Origin: Longimicrobiales bacterium
GTDB lineage: Bacteria > Gemmatimonadota > Gemmatimonadetes > Longimicrobiales > Gaopeijiaceae
Assembly: GCA_965219445.1 (NCBI GenBank)
Contig: CBDCNQ010000001.1
Coordinates: 128,001-192,000, forward strand
DNA length: 64,000 nt
Reading direction: 5' to 3'
Shown piece after piece: positions 22,401-35,058 of this stretch (its first letter is position 1; each line of letters begins with the position of its first letter). Below the pieces are notes generated by a model. It searched no databases. It worked only from the letters and a program-made list of their open reading frames with translations, and was not told where the DNA came from. The position numbers were made by a program, and so were the translations under genes.

Positions 22401-23048
22401 ATGCCGATCTACCCACCATACGTCATCGAGCGGACAAGCCGCGGAGAGCGGAGCTACGACATTTTCAGCCGGCTCCTTATGGACCGCATCATCTTCCTCG
22501 GCACCGGAATCGACGACAACGTGGCCAACATCATCGTGGCCCAGCTTCTGTTCCTCGACGCCGAGGATCCAGAACGCGACGTATATCTTTACGTGAACTC
22601 GCCCGGCGGTGGGGTTTATGCCGGCCTTGCGATCTATGATACGATCCAGCACATGCGGGCTCCCGTCGCCACGTTTGCGGTCGGTATCGCAGCCTCGATG
22701 GCCGCTGTGCTCGTCGCTGCTGGGGAAAAAGGCAAGCGAGGCGCCCTTCCGAACTCGCGGATCATGATCCATCAGCCCTCTGGCGGCTCGCAGGGTACGG
22801 CAGCCGACATCGAGATCGCTGCCAAAGAGATCCTGTACACACGCCTACGACTCAACGAGATTTTAGCTAAGCACACGGGTCAGTCGATGGAGCAGGTTCA
22901 GGACGACGTGGACCGCGACCGTTTTATGAGTCCGGAGGAAGCCGTCGAATACGGCCTCATTGATCGGGTACTCGAGGGTCCTATTGAGAACGGCTCGAGC
23001 CCGAGAGACTCGCATGCCAAGCTCGAAGCCTCGGAGGACGAGGAGTAA
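22401..23048 (+). CDS. clpP: ATP-dependent Clp protease proteolytic subunit
   Basis: [31 protein letters not shown]. Confidence 0.98.
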   Translation: MPIYPPYVIERTSRGERSYDIFSRLLMDRIIFLGTGIDDNVANIIVAQLLFLDAEDPERDVYLYVNSPGGGVYAGLAIYDTIQHMRAPVATFAVGIAASMAAVLVAAGEKGKRGALPNSRIMIHQPSGGSQGTAADIEIAAKEILYTRLRLNEILAKHTGQSMEQVQDDVDRDRFMSPEEAVEYGLIDRVLEGPIENGSSPRDSHAKLEASEDEE

Positions 23049-23078
23049 CCACGCGCGCACGAGCAGAGGACGCACGAT

Positions 23079-24311
23079 ATGTCCAGTGACAAGCATCTAC
23101 GTTGCAGTTTTTGCGGAAAGTCCAAGGAAACGGTCAAGAAGTTCATCTCCGGTCCCTCCGTCTATATCTGTAACGAGTGTATTTCCCTCTGTAATGAGAT
23201 CCTCGCCGAGGAAGAAGATCGAGAGTCGTCAGAGTCCGCAGTCCCGAGTCCGACCCCGCAGGAGATCAAAGAAGTGCTCGATCAGTACGTCATCGGGCAG
23301 GAGGGTGCGAAACGGGCCCTCGCCGTCGCCGTCTACAACCACTACAAGCGAGTCAACAATCAGGGCGTGCTCGAGGAGGTCGAGATTGACAAGGCCAACA
23401 TTCTCCTGATCGGGCCGACCGGAGTCGGTAAGACCCTGCTCGCACAGACGTTGGCTCGGATCCTCCATGTTCCGTTCACGATCGCAGACGCTACCACGCT
23501 CACTGAAGCCGGGTACGTCGGGGAAGACGTTGAGAACATCCTTGTTCGGCTGCTCCAGGCCGCCGATTTCAACGTGGCCGAGTGCGAGCGAGGAATCGTC
23601 TACATCGACGAGATGGACAAGATCGCTCGAAAATCCGAGAATCCCTCGATCACTCGGGACGTCTCGGGAGAGGGTGTCCAACAAGCTCTCCTCAAGATCC
23701 TGGAGGGCACGATCGCGTCGGTCCCGCCCCAGGGCGGTCGAAAACATCCACAACAGGAATACATCCAGCTCGAGACCCGGAATATCCTGTTTATCTGCGG
23801 TGGCGCTTTCGACGGCCTTGAACAGATCATCGAATCCCGCCTCGGCAGACGGCGCATCGGGTTTGGTGAGAAGGCCTCTGAGGAGGAACGAGACGAGCTT
23901 CTGCCATATGTCGAGCCCGAGGATCTTCAGCGGTTCGGCCTCATCCCCGAGCTCGTGGGACGTCTCCCGGTCGCGGTCCACTTGACCGACCTGGACGAGG
24001 ACTCATTGTTGAAGATCCTGGAGGAGCCAAAAAACGCTCTGGTCAAACAGTACCGTAAGATGTTCGAACTAGAAGGCATCGGCCTCACGTTCGACAAAGA
24101 AGCGCTGCGTACGATCGCCAAGAAGACGCTGGACCGCGGCACCGGCGCGCGCGGCCTGCGTTCCGTGATCGAGGACTTCATGCGCGACGTCATGTTCGAG
24201 ATTCCCTCTCGAACGGACATCCGAGAGGTGGTCGTTACGGCAGACTGTATCGACCAGGACGTGCCACCGCTGCTCGTGCTGCACCCGGAAACGCAGAAAA
24301 AAGAGGCCTGA
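23079..24311 (+). CDS. clpX: Clp protease ATP-binding subunit ClpX
   Basis: CSFCGK...ICNECI zinc finger, [25 protein letters not shown] loop. Confidence 0.98.
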   Translation: MSSDKHLRCSFCGKSKETVKKFISGPSVYICNECISLCNEILAEEEDRESSESAVPSPTPQEIKEVLDQYVIGQEGAKRALAVAVYNHYKRVNNQGVLEEVEIDKANILLIGPTGVGKTLLAQTLARILHVPFTIADATTLTEAGYVGEDVENILVRLLQAADFNVAECERGIVYIDEMDKIARKSENPSITRDVSGEGVQQALLKILEGTIASVPPQGGRKHPQQEYIQLETRNILFICGGAFDGLEQIIESRLGRRRIGFGEKASEEERDELLPYVEPEDLQRFGLIPELVGRLPVAVHLTDLDEDSLLKILEEPKNALVKQYRKMFELEGIGLTFDKEALRTIAKKTLDRGTGARGLRSVIEDFMRDVMFEIPSRTDIREVVVTADCIDQDVPPLLVLHPETQKKEA

Positions 24312-24439
24312 GTCGCCCTAGCCCTTCCCCACAGTTGTTTCCCAGCGTAGGATGCGCGCACCCGGTCCAAACTCTCCCGAGAGCGACCGGCACCATGGTG
24401 TGTTTGAACTCGCGTACTTTAGATACGCCCTAGGAGCCA

Positions 24440-26896
24440 ATGGCGACACTGATCCGGGTCGACCAGACCTACGAGATCCCAGACCAGCTCCCTGTGGTAG
24501 CCCTGAGGGATCTCGTCTTCTTCCCCTACATGGTCTTGCCCCTTCTGATCGGCCGACCCCCGTCGCTCGCCGCGCTGGACGCCGCCGAAAAAAGCGACGG
24601 AGACGGATATATCCTCCTTCTGGCGCAGAAGGACGTTCAGGTGGAGGATCCCTCCAAAGACGACGTGCACCGCCTTGGCGTGGTCGCGCAGATCCTCCAG
24701 GTGTCGCGCCTTCCGGACGGGAACGCCCGCGTCGTACTCGAGGGCATCGGGCGCTGTCGCGTTCGTCGCTTCCTGAAATCCACCGCCGGTTTCACGGCGT
24801 CGATCGAGCCGTTCGTCACGGAGGAATGTGCGGAGGGGCGAGAGCCGAGCGAAGACGAAGCCGTCGCCCGAGGCGTCCTTCGGCTCTTTCACGAGTATGT
24901 CCACCTGTGTGATCGTGTCCCAGACGATGTGGCGAGCTCGATCTCTTTCGAGGGTGACCGGCTTCGCGCGGCGCATCTGATCTCCGGACATTTGTTGGTG
25001 CTTCCCGGTGAGAAGCAGGAACTTCTCGAATCCCCCGCCATCGCGCCGTATTACGGGCTCCTGAGAGAGATCCTCGTGCGGGAGTTGGAAATTCTGCGGA
25101 TTGAGGAGAAGCTGGATGCTCAGATTCGCATGCAGCTCGACTCGGATCACCGCCAGATCTACCTACAGGAGCAGTTGAAGGCGATTCACAACGAGCTCGG
25201 AGCCGACCCCAAGGATGAGTGGTCGGACCTCGCGGCCGCCGTGGTGTCGACTTCCCTTCCTACGCATGCCCGTGAGAGAGCGGAACGCGAGCTCAACCGC
25301 CTGGAGAAGCTGAATCCTGTCGCTCCCGAGGCCGCGGTAATTCGAAGCTATCTCGACTGGATCTTGGAACTCCCGTGGGCAGAACGCAGTGAGGACAACC
25401 TCGAAGTCGAGCATGCGTCCGCTACACTCGATGAGGCCCACTACGGGCTCACGGAGGTGAAGGATCGAATCCTCGACCATATTGCGGTGCTGTCGCTGGT
25501 CGGTGAGTTGAAGGGACCCATCCTCTGCCTTGTTGGCCCACCCGGGGTCGGCAAGACCTCCCTCGGCCGCAGTATCGCCATCGCTCTCGGCCGAGAGTTC
25601 GTACGCGTCAGCCTGGGCGGCATCCGAGACGAGGCCGAGATCCGGGGTCACCGCCGCACTTATGTTGGTGCATTGCCCGGGAGGGTCCTCCAGGGGATGC
25701 GCCGCAGCGGGACTACCAACCCCGTCTTCCTTTTCGATGAGATCGACAAGTTGGCCCGTGACTTCCATGGCGATCCCGGTGCCGCCCTCCTCGAAGTGCT
25801 GGACCCCGAACAGAACAAGACGTTCACGGACCACTATCTGGAGCTGGAATACGACCTCTCCGATGTGCTGTTCGTCACCACCGCCAACACACTCGCTGGG
25901 ATTCCGGAGCCGCTTCGGGACCGAATGGAAACCATCCGTCTTCCGGGATACCTCGACACAGAAAAGCTCGCGATCGCCCTGCGATTCCTCTGGCCCCACC
26001 AGGTGATGCGCCATGGGCTACCGACCAATGTGGACCTCGCCGAGGGTGCGGCCAGAGCCATCATCCGGCGGTATACGCGGGAAGCGGGTGTCCGGGAGCT
26101 GGACCGCCGCATCTCTCGTGTCGCCCGAAAACTCGCCCGTCGGAAGGCCGATGAGGGCCCGCGGACGGGTGATGAAGATACAGCAACCGCGGAGGACCGA
26201 TCGACCGAACGCCCGAGAATCGACGAAGACGAGTTGAAGGCTCTTTTGGGCCCGCCGCTCTATCTGGATCGCAGCACGGACGAGGATGAGCGGGCCGGAA
26301 TGGCTAACGGGCTGGCATGGACGGAGGCGGGAGGTGTGGTGCTCGACGTCGAGGTTGCGGTCGTACCGGGATCGGGCCAAGTGCAACTCACTGGGACGCT
26401 TGGGGAGGTAATGAAGGAGTCGGCCTTTGCGGCGGTAACTTACGCACGCTCACGGGCCGCCCGCCTCGGACTCGATCCACAGTTCCACAAGGACTTGGAC
26501 ATCCATATCCATATCCCGGAGGGTGCCACTCCCAAGGATGGTCCATCCGCCGGAATCACCATCGCCACCGCACTGATCTCGGCGCTCACGGGGACGCCGT
26601 CACGGGCCGACGTGGCCATGACCGGAGAGATCACACTTCGAGGGCGCATCCTTGCCGTCGGAGGGATCAAGGAGAAGGCCGTGGCCGCGCTCCGGGAGGG
26701 ATTGAGCAAGGTTCTGTTACCGGCGGCCAACGCACCTGAGTTGGAACTCATGCCCGAGGAGGTGATCGACGGACTGGAGTTCGTGCCGGTCCGTACGATG
26801 GACGAGGTCCTGACCGAGGCGCTCCCGTCGATGTCGGAAAACTGGAGAAGCTTCGCCGAGGGTGGGACTTCGGTCGGAACCCACCTTTCGCAGTAG
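24440..26896 (+). CDS. lon: Lon protease
   Basis: GPPGVGKTS, RGHRRTYVGA, PKDGPSAG, VGGIKEK. Confidence 0.98.
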   Translation: MATLIRVDQTYEIPDQLPVVALRDLVFFPYMVLPLLIGRPPSLAALDAAEKSDGDGYILLLAQKDVQVEDPSKDDVHRLGVVAQILQVSRLPDGNARVVLEGIGRCRVRRFLKSTAGFTASIEPFVTEECAEGREPSEDEAVARGVLRLFHEYVHLCDRVPDDVASSISFEGDRLRAAHLISGHLLVLPGEKQELLESPAIAPYYGLLREILVRELEILRIEEKLDAQIRMQLDSDHRQIYLQEQLKAIHNELGADPKDEWSDLAAAVVSTSLPTHARERAERELNRLEKLNPVAPEAAVIRSYLDWILELPWAERSEDNLEVEHASATLDEAHYGLTEVKDRILDHIAVLSLVGELKGPILCLVGPPGVGKTSLGRSIAIALGREFVRVSLGGIRDEAEIRGHRRTYVGALPGRVLQGMRRSGTTNPVFLFDEIDKLARDFHGDPGAALLEVLDPEQNKTFTDHYLELEYDLSDVLFVTTANTLAGIPEPLRDRMETIRLPGYLDTEKLAIALRFLWPHQVMRHGLPTNVDLAEGAARAIIRRYTREAGVRELDRRISRVARKLARRKADEGPRTGDEDTATAEDRSTERPRIDEDELKALLGPPLYLDRSTDEDERAGMANGLAWTEAGGVVLDVEVAVVPGSGQVQLTGTLGEVMKESAFAAVTYARSRAARLGLDPQFHKDLDIHIHIPEGATPKDGPSAGITIATALISALTGTPSRADVAMTGEITLRGRILAVGGIKEKAVAALREGLSKVLLPAANAPELELMPEEVIDGLEFVPVRTMDEVLTEALPSMSENWRSFAEGGTSVGTHLSQ

Positions 26897-26897
26897 C

Positions 26898-27503
26898 GTG
26901 GAGGTTCGAACCGTCGAATTTGCGGGAAGCCTTTTCGACACCGGCGCTCCGGTTCCCGGAGACCTTCCACAGGTCGCGTTTTCCGGTCGCTCCAACGTCG
27001 GCAAGTCGTCACTCATCAACGTGCTTCTCAGACGCACGAGGAAGAAGCTCGCCCATGTATCGGCGACACCGGGCAAGACACGGTCCCTCAACTTTTACTT
27101 GGTGAACGACCGGTTCTTTCTGGTCGACCTCCCTGGGTTCGGTTTCGCCAGGGTCTCCTCAACTGTAAGACGGTCTTGGAAGGAGCTGGTGGAGGATTAT
27201 CTCGTAGGGGAACCGAAGCTACGTGGCGTCGTACATCTAGTAGACGCCCGGCACGACCCCACCATCACCGATCTCGAGATGGTGGAGTTTCTCGCGGTGA
27301 GAGGCGTACCCACGTTGGTGGTCCTTACGAAGATGGACAAGCTTAAGCGCATGGCCCGGGAGAGTGCCACGGCGGCAGCTGTGAAGCGGCTGAATATCGA
27401 CGAGGATCAGGTGCTCGGTTTCTCATCCAAGACGGGCGAAGGACGTGAGGAGTTGTTGACGGCCCTCGACGATCTTATCGGCGCAGACGAGACCGCACAG
27501 TGA
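26898..27503 (+). CDS. engB: Ribosome biogenesis GTPase YihA/EngB
   Basis: GRSNVGKSS, TPGKT, DLPGFG, TKMDK; GTG start right after lon. Confidence 0.95.
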   Translation: MEVRTVEFAGSLFDTGAPVPGDLPQVAFSGRSNVGKSSLINVLLRRTRKKLAHVSATPGKTRSLNFYLVNDRFFLVDLPGFGFARVSSTVRRSWKELVEDYLVGEPKLRGVVHLVDARHDPTITDLEMVEFLAVRGVPTLVVLTKMDKLKRMARESATAAAVKRLNIDEDQVLGFSSKTGEGREELLTALDDLIGADETAQ

Positions 27504-28117
27504 GTGCCCAGCTGAGCGGGACCCGTATCGTTATCGGAGCCATTCTGGTTCTTGTCAGTGGCTGCGGAGGTGCGGGGTCCGGAATCGGCCAGTCTGCTGC
27601 GCCGACTGCAGCTACGCTCGTCCCACCTGGATATGGCACGCTCACACAGGCCCAGTTCACGCTGGAGTTGGCTAGCGGCGCACTCCAGATCCAGGTCACC
27701 CCACTGGCCGAATCCGTCATTCGACTCGCTGCTCCCGACACATACCAGCGGCTGACCGGCCTGTCGGCGTCGGCCGGCGAGTCCTTACGCTCCCGAGCTC
27801 GGGAGGACAGCCTCCTCTTTCTCGTGTCCATGTTCAGTCGAGACCCGACCATCACGTACGAGCCCGAGAATCTTCATATCGTGAACGGTGGACTCAGATA
27901 CCGTCCGACGGCCATCGAGGCCGTCACACCCGGCTGGGGGGGACAACGCCTTCGGCAGGAAGAGCCCCAACTTGCGGTCTACGCCTTCGATCCGGGCATC
28001 GAGCTGGAGATCTCCCTGACGGTGGAGTACGAAAACGCGAGGGACACGTCCTGGCCGACGATCCTCAATCAGCTCGAGCTGGAGCGCGCTCGTGTACGGG
28101 CTCGGATCGGAGCCTGA
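27500..28117 (+). CDS. Hypothetical lipoprotein
   Basis: Overlaps engB stop; hydrophobic leader ending LVSG-C. Confidence 0.7.
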   Translation: MSAQLSGTRIVIGAILVLVSGCGGAGSGIGQSAAPTAATLVPPGYGTLTQAQFTLELASGALQIQVTPLAESVIRLAAPDTYQRLTGLSASAGESLRSRAREDSLLFLVSMFSRDPTITYEPENLHIVNGGLRYRPTAIEAVTPGWGGQRLRQEEPQLAVYAFDPGIELEISLTVEYENARDTSWPTILNQLELERARVRARIGA

Positions 28118-28180
28118 GTGGTCTCAGAGGCTCCAGCGCCTCGGCACTCTCTGTGGCTCACAAACTTCTGGGACACCACG

Positions 28181-29815
28181 CTAGGTTGATGCGGCGTCCT
28201 CGTCCATCCCGAATTTCTTGATCTTGCGATAGAGCGTTCGTTCGCCAATGGCGAGCATCTGGGCCGCCTTCCGACGGTTGCCTCGAACCTCCAGCAGCGC
28301 CGCAGCGATCGCTGCCCGTTCCATATCCTCCATGGTCATCCCCGACCGATACACGACGGCCCCGGCACCGGGTGTGTCCTCCAACCCTTCCTCGGCCAAA
28401 ACCTCGATCGGCTCTTCCACATCCCAGGACTCCTCCGGGCCCGCGGAGGCGGGTGGCACAACACCGATCTCGACCCTCCCCTCGTCGATCGGATACCTGT
28501 CCGCGGACACGGCAGAGCCCGGTTCTGGTGACCGGTATTTCTCAAACTCCTTCCGGAGGTCGTCCATATCCATTCGCAGATCGACCAGCGTACGAAAAAT
28601 AAACTCCAGCTCCGGCCGGATCCCTTGAGCACTCGTATCCTCCAACGCTCGAGCGCTCGCCTCTGCTACAGGCACAAGTGCAGCGGTGCCCGGCACCCCC
28701 CGAACCTCCGAAGGGATATCCTTCGGCAGAACCTGACGGCCGGGAGCGAGAACGACCATGCTCTCGACCAAGTTCTGTAACTCGCGGATGTTCCCGGGCC
28801 AATGGTAGTCCTGAAGGATTTCCATGGCCTCCTGAGAAATCCCCTCGAACCGACGGTCGTGACGCCTACTGGCATCCTCGATGAAGGCGTCCACCAACAG
28901 GGGGATGTCCTCCCGCCTCCGGCGGAGCGGAGGGAGCTCGATATGCAGCACATTCAGTCGATAGAAGAGGTCCTTGCGGAACCGGCCCAGGGCCACGAGC
29001 TGCTTGAGGTCCTGGTTGGTGGCAGTGACGATGCGGATATCGACGCGGATCACGTCCTCACCACCCACTCGACGGAACTCGTGCTGCTCGAGAACTCGAA
29101 GAAGCTTGGTCTGTATCGCCAGGGGCATCTCCCCGATCTCGTCGAGGAAGATGGTCCCCTTGTCCGCCAACTCGAAAAGCCCCCGCCGAGAGTCGATCGC
29201 GCCCGTGAAGGCTCCCTTCTCGTGACCGAAGAGCTCGCTTTCCAGGAGCGTTTCCGAGAGGGCGGCAACGTTCGCCGCGATGAACGGCCGATGACGCCTC
29301 GACGAGAGGTGATGGATTCCTCTCGCGACCAACTCCTTACCTGTGCCCGATTCACCGGTGATGAGCACCGTGGACGCCACCGGGGCGAACTGCACGACCC
29401 GCTCCAGAGTCTCCTTTATTGCATCGGTTTCGCCGACGATGCCCGCCGACGCCTGGAGCCGCCGCCGCTCGATGACCGAACGGGCTACAAAAACTATGTC
29501 GTCTGCGTGAACCACATCCAAGAAGACTTCCAGGTAGTCGGCAGCCAGCCTCGGGATCACGTCCGCGTTTTCTTCGATTGCAAAGGCCGGAGCCTTCGAT
29601 TCAGCACGGGCGTGCTTTACCAAACTCCGGGCGGAGGCGGTGTCGGCGGACCCGGTCACGACCAGCAGATCGATCGGTGGGCCACCACTCACGTCCTCGT
29701 CCGGGGTGACCAGCTCGACGTCGTATCCGGCGCCCCGGAACGCCTCCCTGAGCTCGCCCGCCCGCTCTAAATGATGGGTTGAGACGAGCACCCTACCCTC
29801 GACGGTGCCACTCAT
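28181..29815 (-). CDS. Sigma54-dependent Fis-family transcriptional activator with atypical receiver-like N-terminus
   Basis: [40 protein letters not shown]-terminal HTH. Confidence 0.95.
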   Translation of the reverse strand: MSGTVEGRVLVSTHHLERAGELREAFRGAGYDVELVTPDEDVSGGPPIDLLVVTGSADTASARSLVKHARAESKAPAFAIEENADVIPRLAADYLEVFLDVVHADDIVFVARSVIERRRLQASAGIVGETDAIKETLERVVQFAPVASTVLITGESGTGKELVARGIHHLSSRRHRPFIAANVAALSETLLESELFGHEKGAFTGAIDSRRGLFELADKGTIFLDEIGEMPLAIQTKLLRVLEQHEFRRVGGEDVIRVDIRIVTATNQDLKQLVALGRFRKDLFYRLNVLHIELPPLRRRREDIPLLVDAFIEDASRRHDRRFEGISQEAMEILQDYHWPGNIRELQNLVESMVVLAPGRQVLPKDIPSEVRGVPGTAALVPVAEASARALEDTSAQGIRPELEFIFRTLVDLRMDMDDLRKEFEKYRSPEPGSAVSADRYPIDEGRVEIGVVPPASAGPEESWDVEEPIEVLAEEGLEDTPGAGAVVYRSGMTMEDMERAAIAAALLEVRGNRRKAAQMLAIGERTLYRKIKKFGMDEDAAST

Positions 29816-30321
29816 ACGGGATCTACGGGTGCCGCGGGAGTCGGATGTCCTGTGGCCTCACCCCGCAACAGTTCCACGATGTGTGGCAGAAGCTCCTCAA
29901 TCGCCTTGAGTCCGTCCTTCACACCACCGGGGCTCCCCGGAAGGTTCGCCAGGAAGCTGCGGCCTCGTGACCCGACAAGTCCTCTCGACAACACCGCGGT
30001 CGGGGTCTCGGGCAACCCCTGTCTTCGAATGGCATCGGCCAACCCGGGCGCCTCCTTATCGAGGACGCTTCTTGTGGCTTCCGGCGTCACGTCCCGCGGT
30101 GAAAAGCCCGTGCCCCCGGTGGTCAGTATGACGTCGACATCCCCTGAGTCGGCCCACCGCACGAGCTGCGGAATGATCTGATCGGCCTCGTCGGGTACGA
30201 CGCTTCGATGCATCAGTTCGTATTCCCGTCGGTCGCACCACTGAGCGATCAGCTCACCACTACGGTCGTCCCGCTCCCCGGAAAAGCAGCCATCGCTCAC
30301 CGTCAGCACCGCTACCCGCAT
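29812..30321 (-). CDS. MogA/MoaB molybdopterin adenylyltransferase
   Basis: [32 protein letters not shown]. Confidence 0.94.
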   Translation of the reverse strand: MRVAVLTVSDGCFSGERDDRSGELIAQWCDRREYELMHRSVVPDEADQIIPQLVRWADSGDVDVILTTGGTGFSPRDVTPEATRSVLDKEAPGLADAIRRQGLPETPTAVLSRGLVGSRGRSFLANLPGSPGGVKDGLKAIEELLPHIVELLRGEATGHPTPAAPVDPV

Positions 30322-30343
30322 ACGAACGCTCCACTGGCTCGCT

Positions 30344-31456
30344 TCACCGTCGAACCGAGCCCTCGGTATAAAAGGGCAGCCGGGCGACCACAGCCGGAAT
30401 CACCTTCTCGCGAATGCGAACCCCGAGCTCGGCATCGGGACTCGTCAACTCGGCCGGCACGTAACCCAGCGCGATGCCGTAGCCGAGACTCGGGCTCACG
30501 GTCCCGCTGGTCACGGATCCCACCTCGTTCCCACCATGGACAATGGCGTATCCGGGGCGCGGAAAGCCCCGCTCCGTCAGTCGGATCCCGACGAGTTTCT
30601 GGCGAACGCCCTCGTGCTTCTGCCGCACCAAGGCATCGCGCCCGGAAAACTGTCCCTTGTCCAGCTTCACCAGCCACCCGAGCCTGCTGGCAAGCGGAGT
30701 GTGCTCCTCGTCGAGCTCGTTGCCGTACAGCGCGAAGCCCACCTCGAGCCGCAATGAGTCCCGGGCTCCGAGCCCGCAGGGAAGCAGCCCCATCCCCCCA
30801 CCCTGCTCGCACAGGGCCTTCCAAACGGCAACCGTGTCCGCCGCGCCGACGTATAGCTCGAAGCCATCCTCTCCCGTATACCCGGTCCTGCTGATCGTGG
30901 CGGCGCACCCCGCCACGCTCCCCAACATGAAATGGTAATACGCGAGGTCATCCAGATTCACGTCAGTAAGGGGATCGAGTATCCCCTGGGCGCGGGGGCC
31001 CTGGAGAGCCAGGAGGCCCACCGTGTCCGACCGGTCCTCCAACGTCGCGTCGAAGCCCTCGGCATGCTCCACGATCCATGCCCAGTCCTGGGCCCGCCGG
31101 GAGGCGTTCACCACCAGCATGTATTGGTCATCAGCCATGCGATACACGATGAGATCGTCACGGATACCGCCATTCGCCCCGCACATGGCCGAATACTGGC
31201 ACTGACGCACCGCCAGGTCCGCCGCGTCGTTGACACTCACGAGCTGAACCAGATCGATCGCCTGGGGGCCACCGACCAGGAACTCGCCCATGTGTGAAAC
31301 GTCGAAGAGGCCCGCCGCCTCCCGTACGGCCAGATGCTCCGCCGTGATGCCCGAGGGGTACTGGACCGGCATCTCGTATCCGGCGAACGGCACCATCTTA
31401 GCTCCAAGACCGAGATGCACATCATAGAGCGGAGTCCTCTTAAGCGCGTCGTTCAT
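30344..31456 (-). CDS. gcvT: Glycine cleavage system aminomethyltransferase T
   Basis: RTPLY, FAGYEMPVQY, FDVSHMG, SRTGYTGEDGFE, GLGARDSLRLE. Confidence 0.97.
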   Translation of the reverse strand: MNDALKRTPLYDVHLGLGAKMVPFAGYEMPVQYPSGITAEHLAVREAAGLFDVSHMGEFLVGGPQAIDLVQLVSVNDAADLAVRQCQYSAMCGANGGIRDDLIVYRMADDQYMLVVNASRRAQDWAWIVEHAEGFDATLEDRSDTVGLLALQGPRAQGILDPLTDVNLDDLAYYHFMLGSVAGCAATISRTGYTGEDGFELYVGAADTVAVWKALCEQGGGMGLLPCGLGARDSLRLEVGFALYGNELDEEHTPLASRLGWLVKLDKGQFSGRDALVRQKHEGVRQKLVGIRLTERGFPRPGYAIVHGGNEVGSVTSGTVSPSLGYGIALGYVPAELTSPDAELGVRIREKVIPAVVARLPFYTEGSVRR

Positions 31457-31581
31457 GCTATCTCGTCGTACTCGGCAGGATCCGGATCGAGCGAAAAACT
31501 ACCACTCCTCATGTCCCATCGGTAGGGGGATTGCGCCATTCTGGCAGATTTCGGGGGCAGGCAGGGGCGCCGACGCAGGAA

Positions 31582-33159
31582 TCAGAGGATGTAGCGCCTC
31601 AGGTCTACGTCGTCCACGATCGCTGAGAGGTTGTCCCGAACGAAGTCACGATCTACGACGATCCCACGAAGTTCGTCCTCGGGGAGTCCGTAGAGCACCG
31701 ATTCGAGCAGCGTCGTGAGCACCGTATGTAACCGGCGAGCCCCGATGTTCTCCATTTGGTCGTTCAAGACTGCTGAGAGCCTCGCCACCTCCGCAATCCC
31801 CTCGGTGGTGAAATCGAGAGTCGCGCCCTCGGTCGCCACCAACGCGCGGTACTGATGAACCAACGCGTTCTTCGGCTCCTGAAGAATGCGGACGAAGTCC
31901 TCCTCGCCGAGGCTCTTCAGCTCCACCCGAATGGGGAAGCGTCCCTGCAGCTCGGGGATCAGGTCACTGGGCTTCGCTACATGGAACGCCCCCGCCGCCA
32001 CGAATAACACGTGGTCCGTCCTCACGAGCCCGTATTTGGTCTGAACGGTGGAGCCCTCTACGATCGGCAGGATGTCGCGCTGCACCCCCTCACGGCTTAC
32101 GTCGGGCCCCGTCCCACTGCGCTCCCCGGCGATCTTGTCGATCTCGTCCAAAAAGACGATCCCCATGTCCTCCGCCCGAATGAGGGCCTCGTTCACGACC
32201 TCGTCCATATCGATCAAACGGTCCATCTCATCCTGAACGAGGATCCTGCGGGCCTCCGCGACGGACACGGTACGCCGCTTCTTCCGCTTGGGCAGCATAT
32301 CCTGGAGCATTTCTGTGAAGTTGTGATCCATCCCCTCCATGCCCCCGCCCATCGGCAGCACCATGCCCTCGATCGACGCAGTCTGCGATACCTCGATTTC
32401 GACTTCGCGTTCTTCCAGCTTTCCATCTCCGAGGAGGGCACGGAGCTTCTCTCTCGTTCGCTCACGGCGTTCCTCGATGGCGTGTTCCCCCTCCCCACCC
32501 ACATCCCTCACTTCGGCACCCTCGGTGCCCACAACGAAGACGTGTGGCCGACCCTCGCCGCCCTCCTGGGGCGCCGCAGGCCCAACGGTGGGATTCACCG
32601 GAGTAGGGAGGAGCAAGTCCAGAAGTCGCTCTTCGGTCCTCGCATCCGCCAATTCCTCGACATCGTCCTCCCGCCCGGCGCGAACCATGTTGACCGCCAC
32701 GTCGACCAGGTCCCGGATCATCGACTCCACGTCCCGCCCCACATACCCGACCTCGGTGAATTTCGACGCCTCCACCTTCACGAAGGGCGCGCCCGCCAGA
32801 CGGGCAAGCCGGCGGGCAATCTCGGTCTTTCCGACTCCTGTAGGACCGATCAGGATGAGGTTGTTGGGGAAAATCTCATCCCGAAGCTCCTCGTCCACCC
32901 GCTGCCGACGCCAGCGGTTTCGGAGCGCGATGGCGACGGCCTTCTTGGCCTCATCCTGGCCCACGATGTACGTGTCCAGCTCGGCAACGATCTGGCGGGG
33001 CGTGAGTTGATCCAACCAGTCCTCGTCGGACCCATTGGGCGCACCCGCGTCCGGCATCATCACTCGTTCCACCTCGGCTCCGACTTCGGAGCCGTCCCCG
33101 CTTCCCACTCCCATGTCGCCCGCCGATGCAGAACGCCTGGGTTCCCTCGATTCTTCCAT
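31582..33159 (-). CDS. hslU: HslU ATPase
   Basis: [41 protein letters not shown]-terminal RYIL; start uncertain. Confidence 0.97.
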   Translation of the reverse strand: MEESREPRRSASAGDMGVGSGDGSEVGAEVERVMMPDAGAPNGSDEDWLDQLTPRQIVAELDTYIVGQDEAKKAVAIALRNRWRRQRVDEELRDEIFPNNLILIGPTGVGKTEIARRLARLAGAPFVKVEASKFTEVGYVGRDVESMIRDLVDVAVNMVRAGREDDVEELADARTEERLLDLLLPTPVNPTVGPAAPQEGGEGRPHVFVVGTEGAEVRDVGGEGEHAIEERRERTREKLRALLGDGKLEEREVEIEVSQTASIEGMVLPMGGGMEGMDHNFTEMLQDMLPKRKKRRTVSVAEARRILVQDEMDRLIDMDEVVNEALIRAEDMGIVFLDEIDKIAGERSGTGPDVSREGVQRDILPIVEGSTVQTKYGLVRTDHVLFVAAGAFHVAKPSDLIPELQGRFPIRVELKSLGEEDFVRILQEPKNALVHQYRALVATEGATLDFTTEGIAEVARLSAVLNDQMENIGARRLHTVLTTLLESVLYGLPEDELRGIVVDRDFVRDNLSAIVDDVDLRRYIL

Positions 33160-33160
33160 T

Positions 33161-33715
33161 CTACTCCAACTCCAGAACCGTGATCTCTTGGTTCGTAAAG
33201 ACGCAGATCTCACCGGTGATCTCCAGGGACCGGCGCACCGTTTCTGGGGCCGACAGCTCCGAATGCGAAAGCAGCGCACGAGCCGCGGCCATCGCGTATG
33301 AGCCACCCGAGCCGATAGCCAAGACGTCATCGTCGGGTTCAATGACCTCGCCCTCTCCACTGACAAGAAAGAGGTGTTCTCGATCGGCGACCAGCAGCAG
33401 TGCGTTGAGTCTCCTTAGATAGCGGTCCATGCGCCAGTCCTTGGCGAGTTCCACCACGGCCTTGGTAACATTCTTCGGAAACCGCTCCAGCTTCTCCTCC
33501 AGCTTCTCGAACAGGGTGAACGCATCGGCGACGGCGCCCGCGAAACCGACGAGCACGCTGCCCTCCCGGAGCGTCCTCACCTTCTGGGCGGTATTCTTCA
33601 CGACCGTATCGCCCATCGTCACCTGACCGTCGCCAGCAAGCGCCACCCGGCCATCACGCCGTACAGCCACGATGGTCGTTGACCGGAGGTCCAGTCCATC
33701 GGCTCGCTTTGTCAT
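33161..33715 (-). CDS. hslV: HslV protease
   Basis: [31 protein letters not shown]. Confidence 0.97.
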   Translation of the reverse strand: MTKRADGLDLRSTTIVAVRRDGRVALAGDGQVTMGDTVVKNTAQKVRTLREGSVLVGFAGAVADAFTLFEKLEEKLERFPKNVTKAVVELAKDWRMDRYLRRLNALLLVADREHLFLVSGEGEVIEPDDDVLAIGSGGSYAMAAARALLSHSELSAPETVRRSLEITGEICVFTNQEITVLELE

Positions 33716-34247
33716 TCGGTTTCCCTCGATCCCTTCGGCGTGTCCTGGTTTCCGGTCATGGATCATGTCGCGCAACGCGATGCTCCCGCGCAGCCCCAAC
33801 GCTACTGACCGTGGGCTCTTACGATACAGCAACACCCTGACCGCACCAAGCGCCCATCGGCGTCACGGTTGTCCCAACGGTAGCGATTAGGGTCCACGAG
33901 TCGCGATGGGCGGATCTGACCGAGCCTGGGCCGCCGTGCCAGCGATGACACAGGTTGTGCTACACTTCGTCCGATCCGATTAAGCACAGGCCATCGAGCA
34001 GATGAGGCCGATTGTCGTGACGATCCCCACCAAGTGCTCGTCCTCCATCACTAGAGCGCACTGAATTCTTGCACCGACTGGTTGACGATCTCGGTTCTAC
34101 AGCCATTTCGAGCCCGAACATACACGCCAATGTGCACAACACGGGGGTGGCTTGGCCTAGCTGAAAGGACGAACAGGGTACTGACCGCCTGCTGCAATGG
34201 CAGGAGCCTCAGGCTGCGTTTAGGCGGGCGATGGGGTCGGTCATGCG

Positions 34248-34817
34248 CTACCTATTTTCGTCCTGGAGTATGCCGCCTACCTCCGGAGCAATCGCCTCGA
34301 TGAGACCACGCACAGCGGTGACGCCACGGACGGCCAGTGCGATACCAAAGTCCGACACGACCGGCTCACCGTCTTGCAGTAGTATGTTGCCCGGTTTGAT
34401 GTCGCGGTGGATGACGCCGTGTTCGTGCGCGTGCTGGAGCGCACCGGCGACCTTCGAGGCAAGAGCCACCGCCTCATCCACGGGAAGCTGCTTCTGACGG
34501 TCGATTCGATCTCGGAGGGTTTCACCTTCCACATACGGCATCACGTAGAAGAGGAAATTCTCAGCCTCACCCGAATCAAAAAGCGGCAGGATGTGCGGAT
34601 GCTGGAGGTTGGCCGTCGTCTTGATCTCGGCCAGGAAGCGTTCGCCCCCGACGACGGCTGCCAGCTCGGGCTTCAAGACCTTCAGCGCGACCTTGCGCTC
34701 ATGCTTGAGGTCGTCGGCCAGGTAGACGGTAGCCATGCCGCCCTCACCCAACTCGCGTTCGATGGCGTAGCGGCCTTCTAGGGCTGCGTTCAGGCGGGAG
34801 GCGGTTCCATTGGTCAT
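34248..34817 (-). pseudogene. Truncated Ser/Thr protein kinase (ends at the DFG motif, fused to an unrelated tail)
   Basis: LGEGGMATVY, VALK, HRDIKPGN, DFGIALAV then RGVTAVRG...*; activation loop and C-lobe absent. Confidence 0.85.
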
Positions 34818-35058
34818 TCGTGCCGTTCGGCTTAGGACCCTTCGACCAGATCGACCACCCAGACATCGGACTCCCCTGGCCTCGTCGACAGAGCAGGCGA
34901 GATACTGCAGGTCGGGAGTCCTCGAACGATGGCCGGGCGGCTCACTGATTGCTCGAAGGAGCGTCTCGAACGAGAAGACGACCACCTCCGAACGATGGGG
35001 GTGGCCGTCTGTCTATTCCGGAGAACCGGATGGGACTACTTCATGTCACGTATCACCC

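Noticed and set aside
31457..31581. Glycine riboswitch upstream of gcvT
   Set aside because: The region is short and lacks the conserved aptamer motifs
33160..33366. N-terminal extension of hslU
   Set aside because: Overlaps hslV in another frame; an ATG lies right after the hslV stop
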